From UHGV virus genome UHGV-0310098: 37,829 bases of DNA. One strand, written 5' to 3'. Of the stretch, positions 27,701-34,778 are shown one piece after another. The notes under the pieces were generated by a model that was not told the origin of the DNA, searched no databases, and was given only the letters and a program-made list of their open reading frames with translations. How positions within the stretch are numbered: position 1 is the stretch's first letter; every line of letters starts with the position of its first letter. The stretch is from a virus. A program made the position numbers and the translations under genes.

Positions 27701-28553
27701 TGTATCTTCTACGGCTCCGTCAAATCCTAAAGTTGGCCAGTTATGGCAGACAGCATCCGGTCAGCCGATCAAGCGGTGGGATGGAAGTAGGTGGGTGATC
27801 CATTATATCGCAGTCGAGAATCTGGACGTGCAAACGCTCAGTGCGATCGTTGCCAACCTTGGAACTGTAACAGCCGGACTTATTAAGAGTAAGGGTGGAC
27901 ACTTTTACATAAATGTAGACACCGGAGAGATCGTGTCTAAAAGCAGTGACGGTACAATTTCCGTTTTTGTAAAAAAAGAGAATATTGACATGGTAAGATC
28001 GTTTACAGCGTCTAGGTACTGGGGGAGTCGATTAAACTACTCTGGATTAGAATTTTATTCCGGCGGCAGTAGCATGGCAGATGATATCGCGAATGGATCT
28101 GTGGTATGCTCTATTCGCGGAGATGAGGAGATGCGTGACTTTTCGGTGACAAACATAAATGGAGATAGCATATGGCTTATTAGGACAATTAAGCAGCTTA
28201 CAAAATCTATCTCTTACGATTCCGGTACCGTGAAAGGTCCATATACAAGTACAAACTCCGCTAATAACATTCGCGTGGAGCTGAAAAGAAGAGGATGTAT
28301 GGTAACATGCAAGATCACAATGATTGCACAATTTCCGGGAAGTGGCGAATACGGGCCATTCAACGAAGTGAAAATTCCAGTAGGATATCGACCGGTTATG
28401 GATTTCTTTGCTCCCTATAGTGAAGTTTCAGGACCTAACATATTTGGAACGGGAAGATACGGCATAAGAAAAGATGGGGGGATCAAGATTTATGTGGAGA
28501 ATGCCGCATTTACAGAACGTCACGCAACGTTCACGTGGATTACAGATGATTGA
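24747..28553 (+). CDS. tail-associated protein / receptor-binding tail fibre with collagen-like segments and a four-fold 55-aa module
   Basis: 1268 aa. The N-terminal third resembles prophage tail (Tal) proteins. Gly-X-Y runs lie at about aa 470-525, 582-593, 651-683, 906-922 and 971-985. Module Y.HI.Y....G...F......YIG.Y.D.TQ.DS.D..KY.W.KIKG repeats four times. Confidence 0.75.
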   Translation: MDNIRIAIISTNNTPVAYMDNGHKKSMHYWNDKLHEYLQGTANAYTFTVNAKHPDAQHIKAGNKVAFTYKGKSHYLNIVNTDKTEQTITATAWSLSFELINEDAGEYKAGKAMSFEEYLAVFDAERTLKLGLNEVSDKRITNEWTGTTSVLKRLFSLANVFSAEIEFETVLNRDYSLKEIVLNVYRKHSDTDSGVGEYRNDIVLRYGKGITGIRKTTDAEKLYTCIQPTGKDGLTINGLDKKEYDENGNIEYFTDGAIIRAPQARDRFPSNIVNKADAYILMRKEYDTDSKDKLYSMALSDLKTASEPVVTYEVDGYFDTNIGDTVRMQDQEWTPVLYLQARVSEQIRSLTNPKAAKTVFTNYKELTSEISDSLLQRMQDLINKNKVYTCSISTNNGVIFKNGIGSTTLTAYAYDNGVDVADKLQFRWSKDGHEFYVGKSVTVNATDVDTKAVYSFEAIENGIKRGYYEVTITDVMDGEDGKDGEQGPQGEKGEQGPPGPQGAPGLDGIQGPKGDQGIPGKDGKDGKTQYTHIAYANSADGSKDFSVSDSNREYIGMYVDFTQNDSADPTKYAWSKIKGADGAIGTPGKPGADGKTPYLHIAYANSADGKTGFSTTDGTNKLYIGQYTDYTQADSTDAAKYTWTKIKGEQGERGPQGVPGLQGVQGPQGEQGIQGPKGDTGAAGVNYWRSSATIDLSDTKTYDVNKWYPVVGSQLPTSVYNRILVNVSLNSGTKPSWSTHDSGFSVNLDLASIGSGWGTTSGECIIYADTYSFCSVSPASYTQLTYGSIPVLYLRGGGKYFVKTDFVVNWTPKPTGYTWQEGNYKQTAPVLDSRPVPSGTNIKGKSTYFHIKYSAVSNPTTSNQMTEIPNTYIGTYVDFTQEDSTDPKKYTWSRFQGLQGPQGTQGIPGTNGTNGKTSYLHIKYSNDGGKTFTGNSGEDVGTYIGTCVDYNQSDPASVGSYKWAKIKGEQGATGPQGATGPSGIIVSSTAPSNPKVGQLWQTASGQPIKRWDGSRWVIHYIAVENLDVQTLSAIVANLGTVTAGLIKSKGGHFYINVDTGEIVSKSSDGTISVFVKKENIDMVRSFTASRYWGSRLNYSGLEFYSGGSSMADDIANGSVVCSIRGDEEMRDFSVTNINGDSIWLIRTIKQLTKSISYDSGTVKGPYTSTNSANNIRVELKRRGCMVTCKITMIAQFPGSGEYGPFNEVKIPVGYRPVMDFFAPYSEVSGPNIFGTGRYGIRKDGGIKIYVENAAFTERHATFTWITDD

Positions 28554-28629
28554 TTAAAGGAGCGAATATGGAGATTAGAGCAAGACCGTGATGATCTTAT
28601 TTTTATACTTTAAAAACCGGAGGGAAAAC

Positions 28630-28911
28630 ATGACAGAAAATGAAGTAGAAGTGAAACTTGCAGAGCACGGAAAAGAAATCGGCTCATTAAAGCATCGAAT
28701 GAAAGAAGCAGAGGACGTTGTGAGCGTGGTACATCAATTAGCACAGGAAATGGTGGGGTTGACCAAAGAGGTCGGCTTTATGAACCAGACGCTGGTGCAG
28801 TTAACCGCAAAAGTGACGCATCTGGAGCAGACACCAGCCAAACGGTGGGATGGGGTCGTGACAGCACTGATCGGAGCCGTGATCGGGGCTGTAGTAGCAA
28901 TGTATTTGTAA
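28630..28911 (+). CDS. XhlA-like hemolysin/lysis accessory protein
   Basis: 93 aa. Coiled-coil with a single C-terminal TM (ALIGAVIGAVVAMYL). Directly upstream of the holin, as in the PBSX xhlA-xhlB-xlyA cassette. GGAGGG RBS. Confidence 0.55.
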   Translation: MTENEVEVKLAEHGKEIGSLKHRMKEAEDVVSVVHQLAQEMVGLTKEVGFMNQTLVQLTAKVTHLEQTPAKRWDGVVTALIGAVIGAVVAMYL

Positions 28912-28926
28912 AAAGGAGAATGAAAA

Positions 28927-29175
28927 ATGAAGAAGATTAACTGGATTGTAAGAATTAAAAACAAGGCTTTCTGGGTAGCGCTGATCCCGGCAATCTTACT
29001 GTTGATACAGGCAATTGCGGCAGTGTTTGGTCTTACCATCGACCTTGGAGACCTTGGAGATAAGTTATTGACTGTAATCAATGCACTCTTTGCGATTCTG
29101 GCGATCCTTGGTGTAGTGGTAGACCCAACAACACCTGGAACAAGAGATTCAGAGAGGGCACTTACATATAAGTAG
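28927..29175 (+). CDS. holin (Phage_holin_4-type)
   Basis: 82 aa, two TM segments. C-terminal DPTTPGTRDSERALTYK matches the holin_4 family signature. AAAGGAG RBS. Confidence 0.75.
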   Translation: MKKINWIVRIKNKAFWVALIPAILLLIQAIAAVFGLTIDLGDLGDKLLTVINALFAILAILGVVVDPTTPGTRDSERALTYK

Positions 29176-29233
29176 GTAATTTCAGAGAGCTTGGAAACAG
29201 GCTCTCTTTCATTGTATGACAGGAGGTGAGAAC

Positions 29234-29323
29234 ATGAGTGAACAGAACGAATTTGGCAGAGTATCCGCAGAGGAACTGGAAAAAGTATTTGAGACAGACG
29301 AGCAGGAGGAAGAGAAAGAATGA
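29234..29323 (+). CDS. 29-aa acidic micro-ORF (MSEQNEFGRVSAEELEKVFETDEQEEEKE)
   Basis: AGGAGGTG RBS. ATGA overlap with the endolysin start. Confidence 0.25.
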   Translation: MSEQNEFGRVSAEELEKVFETDEQEEEKE

Positions 29324-30060
29324 GTATCTGTAGAGGAATTGCCGGCAGGAGAGGGAAAAATCCTGTCGGTATTTTTATTCACAATGGTGCAGATAGCCAG
29401 AATGCAACGGCAGCGTATTATCGGAATTATTTACAAAATGCAAACTTGGAAAATGGATTTGCTCATTATTATGTGTGCAGCGATGGAATCTTACAGGCGG
29501 AAGATGACGAAAATTGTGCTTGGCACTGCGGAGACATAAGCGGAAACTTGAATTATCTTGGAATCGAAACATGCCAGAGTATGGGCGATCTGGATGTATT
29601 TAAAGCAAACGAAGAAAAAGCTTTGCAGTTGGCCGCTGAGAAGTGTAAGCAATACGGAATCGTACCAAACGAAAGCACGATCATGCTGCATCAGGAGGTG
29701 TTTGCAACCGCTTGTCCGCACAGATCAGTAGAGATTCACGGCGGTGCAGCGCAGACAAAAGCCTATTTTATTAACCGTATCAAGGAACTTGTGGGCGGAA
29801 GCCAAAGCGCATCAGCGGATCAGGAAGGAGAAAATGAAGAGATGAGATGTTTGTTTACAGTTGAGGGAAAAGGTGCAGTGTATTATTTTGACGGTCAAAA
29901 AGTAATAACATTGGGTCATCCAGACGAATTAAAAATCATCCAGAAGATTTACAAGGACAACAATGGTAAGGACATTCCGTGTTACAAGTGGAGTCCTAAA
30001 GCGCCATGGTATGCAAGGCTCATGTCGGTAATTTACAGTAAAGAGACCACATCTATTTAA
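29320..30060 (+). CDS. endolysin, probable N-acetylmuramoyl-L-alanine amidase plus C-terminal binding domain
   Basis: Follows the holin. N-terminal half has an amidase/PGRP-like layout (GIFIHNGAD...AWHCGD). C-terminal 70 aa is a separate small domain. Confidence 0.6.
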   Translation: MSICRGIAGRRGKNPVGIFIHNGADSQNATAAYYRNYLQNANLENGFAHYYVCSDGILQAEDDENCAWHCGDISGNLNYLGIETCQSMGDLDVFKANEEKALQLAAEKCKQYGIVPNESTIMLHQEVFATACPHRSVEIHGGAAQTKAYFINRIKELVGGSQSASADQEGENEEMRCLFTVEGKGAVYYFDGQKVITLGHPDELKIIQKIYKDNNGKDIPCYKWSPKAPWYARLMSVIYSKETTSI

Positions 30061-30113
30061 TAAAAATCCCCTCTGTGCTATAATATATGTAGTCAATGCG
30101 AGGGGGAATAAGT

Positions 30114-30293
30114 ATGGAATATCAAATCTACGAATCTTACGATACGTTTTTACTATATCAAGAATTTATGGAGATACCGGGAAATTCTTTCAAATTCCGG
30201 TTGCCAGAAGGTATGACGCTGACAACCGAAATGATGCACACCTTTTTACGGGCGGCGTATATGAGTGTTGGACGGATGGAGTTGCCGTCCTGA
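30114..30293 (+). CDS. hypothetical small protein (59 aa)
   Basis: ATG at 30114 after GAGGGGGA. Last + strand gene before the att region. Confidence 0.3.
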   Translation: MEYQIYESYDTFLLYQEFMEIPGNSFKFRLPEGMTLTTEMMHTFLRAAYMSVGRMELPS

Positions 30294-30311
30294 GAATATT
30301 GTATCATCGTA

Positions 30312-30340
30312 TTGACATAAGTCTAAAAATATTATAAAAT
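30312..30340 (+). promoter_or_regulatory. sigma-A-type promoter (TTGACA, 17 nt, TAAAAT) pointing into the att core and integrase 3' end
   Basis: Consensus -35 at 30312-30317 and -10 at 30335-30340. Confidence 0.4.
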
Positions 30341-30415
30341 TTAAAATGTCTAAAAAATGACTAAGAGAAAGAACAAGAAATCCCTTGTTTACAGGCGTTG
30401 GTGGCATTTCGAATC

Positions 30416-30462
30416 TTTGACTTTTAATCAAGTTGTCCGGGGTTCGAATCCCCGCACGCTCA
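30416..30462 (+). other. 3' portion of a tRNA-Lys(UUU): putative attP/att core
   Basis: Anticodon stem TTTGA/TCAAG with loop CTTTTAA (U33, anticodon UUU, A37). Variable loop TTGTC. T-arm CGGGG-TTCGAAT-CCCCG. 3' acceptor strand CACGCTC plus discriminator A. No matching 5' acceptor strand or D-arm lies upstream. Confidence 0.5.
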
Positions 30463-30605
30463 TTGCTTTAAAGTGGCGGAAATCCAGTATTTACAAGGGT
30501 TTCCGCTCTTTTTATGTCTTAATTCTATAATCGATTTCAAACGATTTTAAACGATTCTAAATGTCTCATTTCTGTCTAATGTCTCATTTTTGTCCCATGT
30601 TTGTC

Positions 30606-31724
30606 CTAAAAATTCATGGCATCATTGACTGCCCCATCAGCATCCTCTTTTTCCATGATTATGTGATTGTAAACCTCTATTACCATCTTTTCAGAATCCC
30701 CCAGTAGCTGCGCAATCCTCTTGATCGAGATCTTCGGAATCTGGTAACACAGGTTGGTGCAGTAGTTGTGCCGGAATACGTGTGATGTAAGACCGGTGAT
30801 CTGTTCTTCCGATTGCTCTTGCAACGCCTTGCGGATTCTCACCCACATTTTATCGTAGCTGCTCTTAGACATCGGTTCTCCGCCTTGCATGGTAAAAATA
30901 TAAGTTTTTCCACGCGCTCTTGCGGATTCTACAAAGTTTTTCACAATGTGCAATATCTTTGTTGGTATCGGGAGAGTACGGTCTCCATTATCGCTCTTAG
31001 TACCTTTTAGAGTAGGCTGCCCGTTACCGGTTGCAAATTCAAAAGCCTTGTTGACTGTAATGGTGTTGTTTTTAAAGTTAAAGTCAAACACCGTAAGAGC
31101 CAGTGTCTCTTCTCTGCGCATTCCGCAGCCATAGATCAGATATGTGTAGACCTGATCCCTGTCGTATTTGTACTCTGCGGCAAAGACAGCTTTCTTCTCA
31201 GATTCCGTCAGAGGGCGTTTATCCGGCGCCTTATATTTAGGTTTTTGGATGCTTGCAAAGATTTCCTCGTATAGTACCGGCGGATAGATTTTGTCCGCCA
31301 TAGCACTTCCCAAAACCTGTTTAAATGCCATGTAGATCTGCTCTTGTGTCCTTGGCTTTCCGTTTGCATTGTTTAGTAAGAGCTGCAGGTGGATTCTGCC
31401 AATATCGGATACTTTAACTCCATCAAGTAGGATAAAGTGCTTGTCTATTATATTGCTGTACATTGCCTTTGTATTACCCTCTTTGGAGTGCTTGTATACT
31501 TCCTTCCATTTCTTTGCGTATTCCCGGAATGTAATGTCCGTCTTCCGGATGTTCTGCCGGCTCTCGACCTTTGCTTTAAATTCCTGTACAATCCGCTCCA
31601 GCTCTTTACTGGACTTTGTTGTCTGTAGATTTTGGCGGTGTTTCGTTCCATCTGTATTATAAGTTCCATCCCATGCTTTTGTGCGGAAATATCCGTCTTT
31701 TCCGCGCTTGTATTTAGTTCCCAT
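30606..31724 (-). CDS. int: tyrosine site-specific integrase
   Basis: C-terminal catalytic region with R (GMRREE), HVFRHNY (H-x-x-R) and EVYNHI (Tyr). ATG at 31724 nine nt after AAGGAG; the track start at 31733 abuts the RBS. Convergent with the tRNA fragment. Confidence 0.9.
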   Translation of the reverse strand: MGTKYKRGKDGYFRTKAWDGTYNTDGTKHRQNLQTTKSSKELERIVQEFKAKVESRQNIRKTDITFREYAKKWKEVYKHSKEGNTKAMYSNIIDKHFILLDGVKVSDIGRIHLQLLLNNANGKPRTQEQIYMAFKQVLGSAMADKIYPPVLYEEIFASIQKPKYKAPDKRPLTESEKKAVFAAEYKYDRDQVYTYLIYGCGMRREETLALTVFDFNFKNNTITVNKAFEFATGNGQPTLKGTKSDNGDRTLPIPTKILHIVKNFVESARARGKTYIFTMQGGEPMSKSSYDKMWVRIRKALQEQSEEQITGLTSHVFRHNYCTNLCYQIPKISIKRIAQLLGDSEKMVIEVYNHIIMEKEDADGAVNDAMNF

Positions 31725-31952
31725 TTTTATCATCTCCTTAAATTTTAGTATAAAAATAACAGCCAGCGCAAAACAAACGTTCCGCTTGCATGACTGCTCC
31801 GAAGATGATACAATATTCTTGAGCTTACTATTGCATTCTTCGGAGCGGTAGTCTTATGGTGAGATACCCGTATTGATTACGGGTGCAAGGCTCGTTGGTA
31901 GCGTGTCTTGCGACATTTTCGTCTCAGTGTTGGTAGCACTGGGGCGGTTTTA

Positions 31953-32846
31953 TTATTTTTCGGATAATTTTTTCTGTTCTCGTTCTATTTGTTTAATACT
32001 TTTTGCCGGAGTAGGTAAATCTTCAGGCATAGTACCTCCTAAGCGAGAAATGGTATCACGTATTTCCTTTCCAACATTATAGTGAGTTTGATTCGCAGCG
32101 GATTTTCCTTGAATCTTTTCACGACGTAATTTTGCTTCAGTCTGAGTAGCGCGGAAAAGGTTAGCGGCTAATTCCTCGTATCCCATATGATCTAAGATTT
32201 TTTCGCTATTTTTGAGTCCTTTATGTTGATGAATATCTTTGGCAGTCATACCACCATATAGACCTTGATATCCATGATTCTGAAAGATAGCATAATCCAG
32301 AGAACTTTCGACACCGGCATTCTTGGCAGCGTCCACTAACATTTTATTATGTTCAGCCATTTCGTACCGGATTGCAAGACGCTTCTGATCGTCACTAAGA
32401 GTATCAAAGTTATCAATAAGCTCTTGTTGTCTGGTTTTCACTGCAAAGTAGGTTTGACCAAGTGCAATTACTTTTTTTCTAGAATCACCATTCTGTACAA
32501 TCAAATAGCATGCGTAGCGGGAAAGTTTATAATCATCAATAATGCGTTCGCCGCCATTAGGCATAGGTGATGATTTGCCAACATTGGCAAAATGTTCAGA
32601 TACAGCATTTCCACTGTTTTCACAGGCTGTTTTCGCACGAACGATTACTTCCTCAAACCTGCGCCATTGGCTATATTCAAGTGCATTTTGCATTTCTCTG
32701 GCATACCAAAACTCTTGACCATATTTATTGATGTGTTTAATAGACTCAAACAAAGATTCTGTATAACTATTTTGCTCTTCTTCTGTCAAGGCTTTATTGA
32801 GAACTCGGTCATGTATTTCATTTAATTTATCGTCAAAATCATTCAT
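31953..32846 (-). CDS. dinD: DNA-damage-inducible protein D (DinD)-like protein
   Basis: Recalled near-identity of blocks to E. coli DinD: LSRYACYLIVQNGD, GQTYFA.KTRQQEL, DYAIFQNHGYQGLYGG, ILDHMG.EELAANLFRATQTE, LGGTMPEDLPTP. Confidence 0.6.
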   Translation of the reverse strand: MNDFDDKLNEIHDRVLNKALTEEEQNSYTESLFESIKHINKYGQEFWYAREMQNALEYSQWRRFEEVIVRAKTACENSGNAVSEHFANVGKSSPMPNGGERIIDDYKLSRYACYLIVQNGDSRKKVIALGQTYFAVKTRQQELIDNFDTLSDDQKRLAIRYEMAEHNKMLVDAAKNAGVESSLDYAIFQNHGYQGLYGGMTAKDIHQHKGLKNSEKILDHMGYEELAANLFRATQTEAKLRREKIQGKSAANQTHYNVGKEIRDTISRLGGTMPEDLPTPAKSIKQIEREQKKLSEK

Positions 32847-32879
32847 ATGTTCACCTTCTTTTTTAACATATCTCGTAGA

Positions 32880-32915
32880 CCGTCCCTGTTGGCGCAGGGG
32901 CGGTATTTTATTTTT
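32880..32915 (+). terminator. intrinsic terminator oriented for + strand transcription between two - strand genes
   Basis: 9-bp stem CCGTCCCTG/CAGGGGCGG (one G-U pair), loop TTGGCG, followed by TATTTTATTTTT on the + strand only. Confidence 0.4.
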
Positions 32916-33366
32916 AAATTACAATCATTCCATTATCATCGGCCTTTTTGGTTAACGCTATAATAAATTCAATGAATGCTATGAATGAAGGAATGAAAGT
33001 CCAACAGAATAGAAAATAAACAATGCCTGTACCTATTTTTCTGGCATAAAATTTATGAACACCAATTCCGCCAAGAAAGAATGCTAATATGCAGTAAACG
33101 ACTTTGTTAACAGCTTTTCCATGAATATAAGTCACTTGCTGTGGTAGTGAGTTTGTATTTTGTACATTAATGTTAATTCCGCTATTTGTAGATTCTGTTG
33201 CCGGGATAACTTTAGTTACCAGAGTTCGATTCTCCGTTTTGAATATCTCCACTTCATCTCCTATTTGAGGGGAGAATTGTAAATCGCAAAGTCTTACTTC
33301 GTCAATACCTCCATCATTAGTGCCAATTAATACAATTCCATCTTCAATTTTAATAATCTTAGACAT
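32914..33366 (-). CDS. TM2-domain membrane protein
   Basis: C-terminal GGIGVHKFYARKIGTGIVYFLFCWTFIP is the TM2-domain signature. ATG at 33366 after GAGGAAGAGAGGA. Confidence 0.55.
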   Translation of the reverse strand: MSKIIKIEDGIVLIGTNDGGIDEVRLCDLQFSPQIGDEVEIFKTENRTLVTKVIPATESTNSGININVQNTNSLPQQVTYIHGKAVNKVVYCILAFFLGGIGVHKFYARKIGTGIVYFLFCWTFIPSFIAFIEFIIALTKKADDNGMIVI

Positions 33367-33421
33367 GACTTTCCTCTCTTCCTCTGTACTTTTCCACAAC
33401 TCTATATAAACGCCGAAGCGG

Positions 33422-33883
33422 TTATATCATTTCCATAACTGCTAAATTTGGAATAAAATAAATAACATAGTTATCTACAGTGATATACTCGCCATATTTT
33501 CCTTTGTAGCAGTCAATAGCTTCCTGCAGATATTCTTCTGTGACATGTAGATGTTCTGCAACTTCATATCGATTCTGGCATCCAGCATGAAAAGCGGATA
33601 TGATACCACGTAACCCGATCATTCGGTTATATCCGCGTAATCGACCTTTTTGTTCTTGCTTTAGATTTTCAATATTCATTTGGTCAATGATATTTCCAAC
33701 AGCAGTGAAATGATGTCCCATTTCTTCTGCGAGTACACACGCTTTTTCTGTTGATGTTCTTAACCTATCAGATATTGCAATTCTATTTCTGAATATTCGT
33801 CCATCACTCCCAGACAGAGGCTTCTCACGGACTACGAGTCCGCTATTTTTCGCCTCTTCTAAAAGTTCCTCATAAATTGTCAT
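33422..33883 (-). CDS. ImmA/IrrE-family zinc metallopeptidase
   Basis: HEXXH (AEEMGHHFT). ATG at 33883 four nt after the repressor stop, GGGAG RBS. Classic ImmR-ImmA pairing. Confidence 0.8.
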   Translation of the reverse strand: MTIYEELLEEAKNSGLVVREKPLSGSDGRIFRNRIAISDRLRTSTEKACVLAEEMGHHFTAVGNIIDQMNIENLKQEQKGRLRGYNRMIGLRGIISAFHAGCQNRYEVAEHLHVTEEYLQEAIDCYKGKYGEYITVDNYVIYFIPNLAVMEMI

Positions 33884-33887
33884 CGTA

Positions 33888-34379
33888 TCACTCCCATTCA
33901 GAGTCATCCATCATGATGTCATCATCATGTTTTCTCATTTCATTTGTTACTTTAATATCTGTACGCTCATGAGCTGCCATTACTGACAAATCATCATCCA
34001 TTTGCTGAATGGATAACAGCTGTTCGATATAATTGTCTGCCTTTTTTCTGTTTACTTCAACTAATTTTAGATATTTTTTGAAATGATTCTTTTCCGTTGA
34101 AGAAAATGCACTGATGTTATCAATTATATTTTCAATACTATCGTTTACAAATACGTTTTCGATGCCTTTATCGCTAGAACCATCCCATCCCATCAAATCA
34201 GCAGGAGTGGTTTCTAGTACGTTGGCTAACGGCTCGAGTACTGTAATTGGCAAATCTTTGATATCATCTTTTTCATATCTATATATCGTTGCGCGATTTT
34301 TTCCAAGTTTTAAAGCAACTTCATCAACGCTTAAACCTAAGTAGAGTCTTCTGTTTTTAATTCTTTGTCCTATCGTCAT
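33888..34379 (-). CDS. XRE-family repressor (CI/ImmR-like)
   Basis: N-terminal HTH IGQRIKNRRLYLGLSVDEVALKLGKNRATIYRYE plus C-terminal domain. ATG at 34379 after GGTGGTG. Divergent from cro. Confidence 0.8.
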   Translation of the reverse strand: MTIGQRIKNRRLYLGLSVDEVALKLGKNRATIYRYEKDDIKDLPITVLEPLANVLETTPADLMGWDGSSDKGIENVFVNDSIENIIDNISAFSSTEKNHFKKYLKLVEVNRKKADNYIEQLLSIQQMDDDLSVMAAHERTDIKVTNEMRKHDDDIMMDDSEWE

Positions 34380-34402
34380 TTTGTTCACCACCTTATATAC
34401 GT

Positions 34403-34431
34403 ATTATAATATATTATTCGCAAATACGCAA
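34403..34431 (-). promoter_or_regulatory. repressor promoter (TTGCGT, 17 nt, TATAAT on - strand)
   Basis: -10 at 34403-34408 and -35 at 34426-34431. Operator copy TCGCAAATACGCA lies in the spacer. Confidence 0.5.
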
Positions 34432-34532
34432 CTGCTTTTGTTCGAAAAACAAAAAAATCGCATAAAATGCAAAAACAGTATTGACTTTTAAGACAAGGCA
34501 TTGTAATATACAATTAGTCGCATGAAATGCGA
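34418..34532. promoter_or_regulatory. three operator-like sites: O-a 34418-34430 (TCGCAAATACGCA), O-b 34458-34471 (TCGCATAAAATGCA), O-c 34518-34532 (TCGCATGAAATGCGA, perfect palindrome)
   Basis: Consensus TCGCAT-N3-ATGCGA inverted repeat. Positioned over the - strand promoter, between the promoters, and over the +1 of the cro promoter. Confidence 0.6.
34481..34509 (+). promoter_or_regulatory. cro (lytic) promoter TTGACT, 17 nt, TG-n-TAATAT
   Basis: -35 at 34481-34486, extended -10 at 34502-34509. AAAGGAG RBS at 34538-34544. Confidence 0.6.
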
Positions 34533-34552
34533 AAAAGAAAGGAGATGATGGA

Positions 34553-34771
34553 GTGGTAAATGTAAACAAACTCAGAGCGAAAATGGTCGAGATCGGCATA
34601 AATGCTGAAAGTATGTCGAAAAAGATCGGAATCGACAGGTCTACATTCTACAGAAAGTTATCGGCGGATGGTCAAACATTTACGATAGGTGAAGCTGATG
34701 TTATTTCTAAAGAGTTAAATCTGAACAGGAACGAAGTGAATAGCATTTTTTTTAGTCAATACGTCGCATGA
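34553..34771 (+). CDS. cro: Cro-like HTH regulator (GTG start)
   Basis: 72 aa. HTH MSKKIGIDRSTFYRKL. Divergent from the repressor. GTG eight nt after AAAGGAG. Confidence 0.65.
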   Translation: MVNVNKLRAKMVEIGINAESMSKKIGIDRSTFYRKLSADGQTFTIGEADVISKELNLNRNEVNSIFFSQYVA

Positions 34772-34778
34772 AATGCGA
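34764..34778. promoter_or_regulatory. fourth operator copy (perfect TCGCATGAAATGCGA) over the cro stop codon, upstream of the antirepressor gene
   Basis: Identical 15-mer to O-c. Confidence 0.55.

Noticed and set aside
30380-30462. Complete tRNA-Lys gene
   Set aside because: Only the anticodon arm through the 3' acceptor strand is present. The required 5' strand (GAGCGTG) and D-arm are absent upstream, so it is called as an att-core fragment.
30606-31733. Integrase start at 31733 and short + strand ORFs (30813..31010, 30946..31134, 31369..31662) inside int
   Set aside because: The ATG at 31733 directly abuts the AAGGAG RBS; the ATG at 31724 has proper spacing. Internal + strand ORFs are antisense to a strongly supported integrase.
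33888-34391. Repressor start at the GTG at 34391 and ImmA start at 33907
   Set aside because: Downstream ATGs (34379 and 33883) have properly spaced RBSs (GGTGGTG, GGGAG). The longer versions lack RBSs or overlap the upstream gene.
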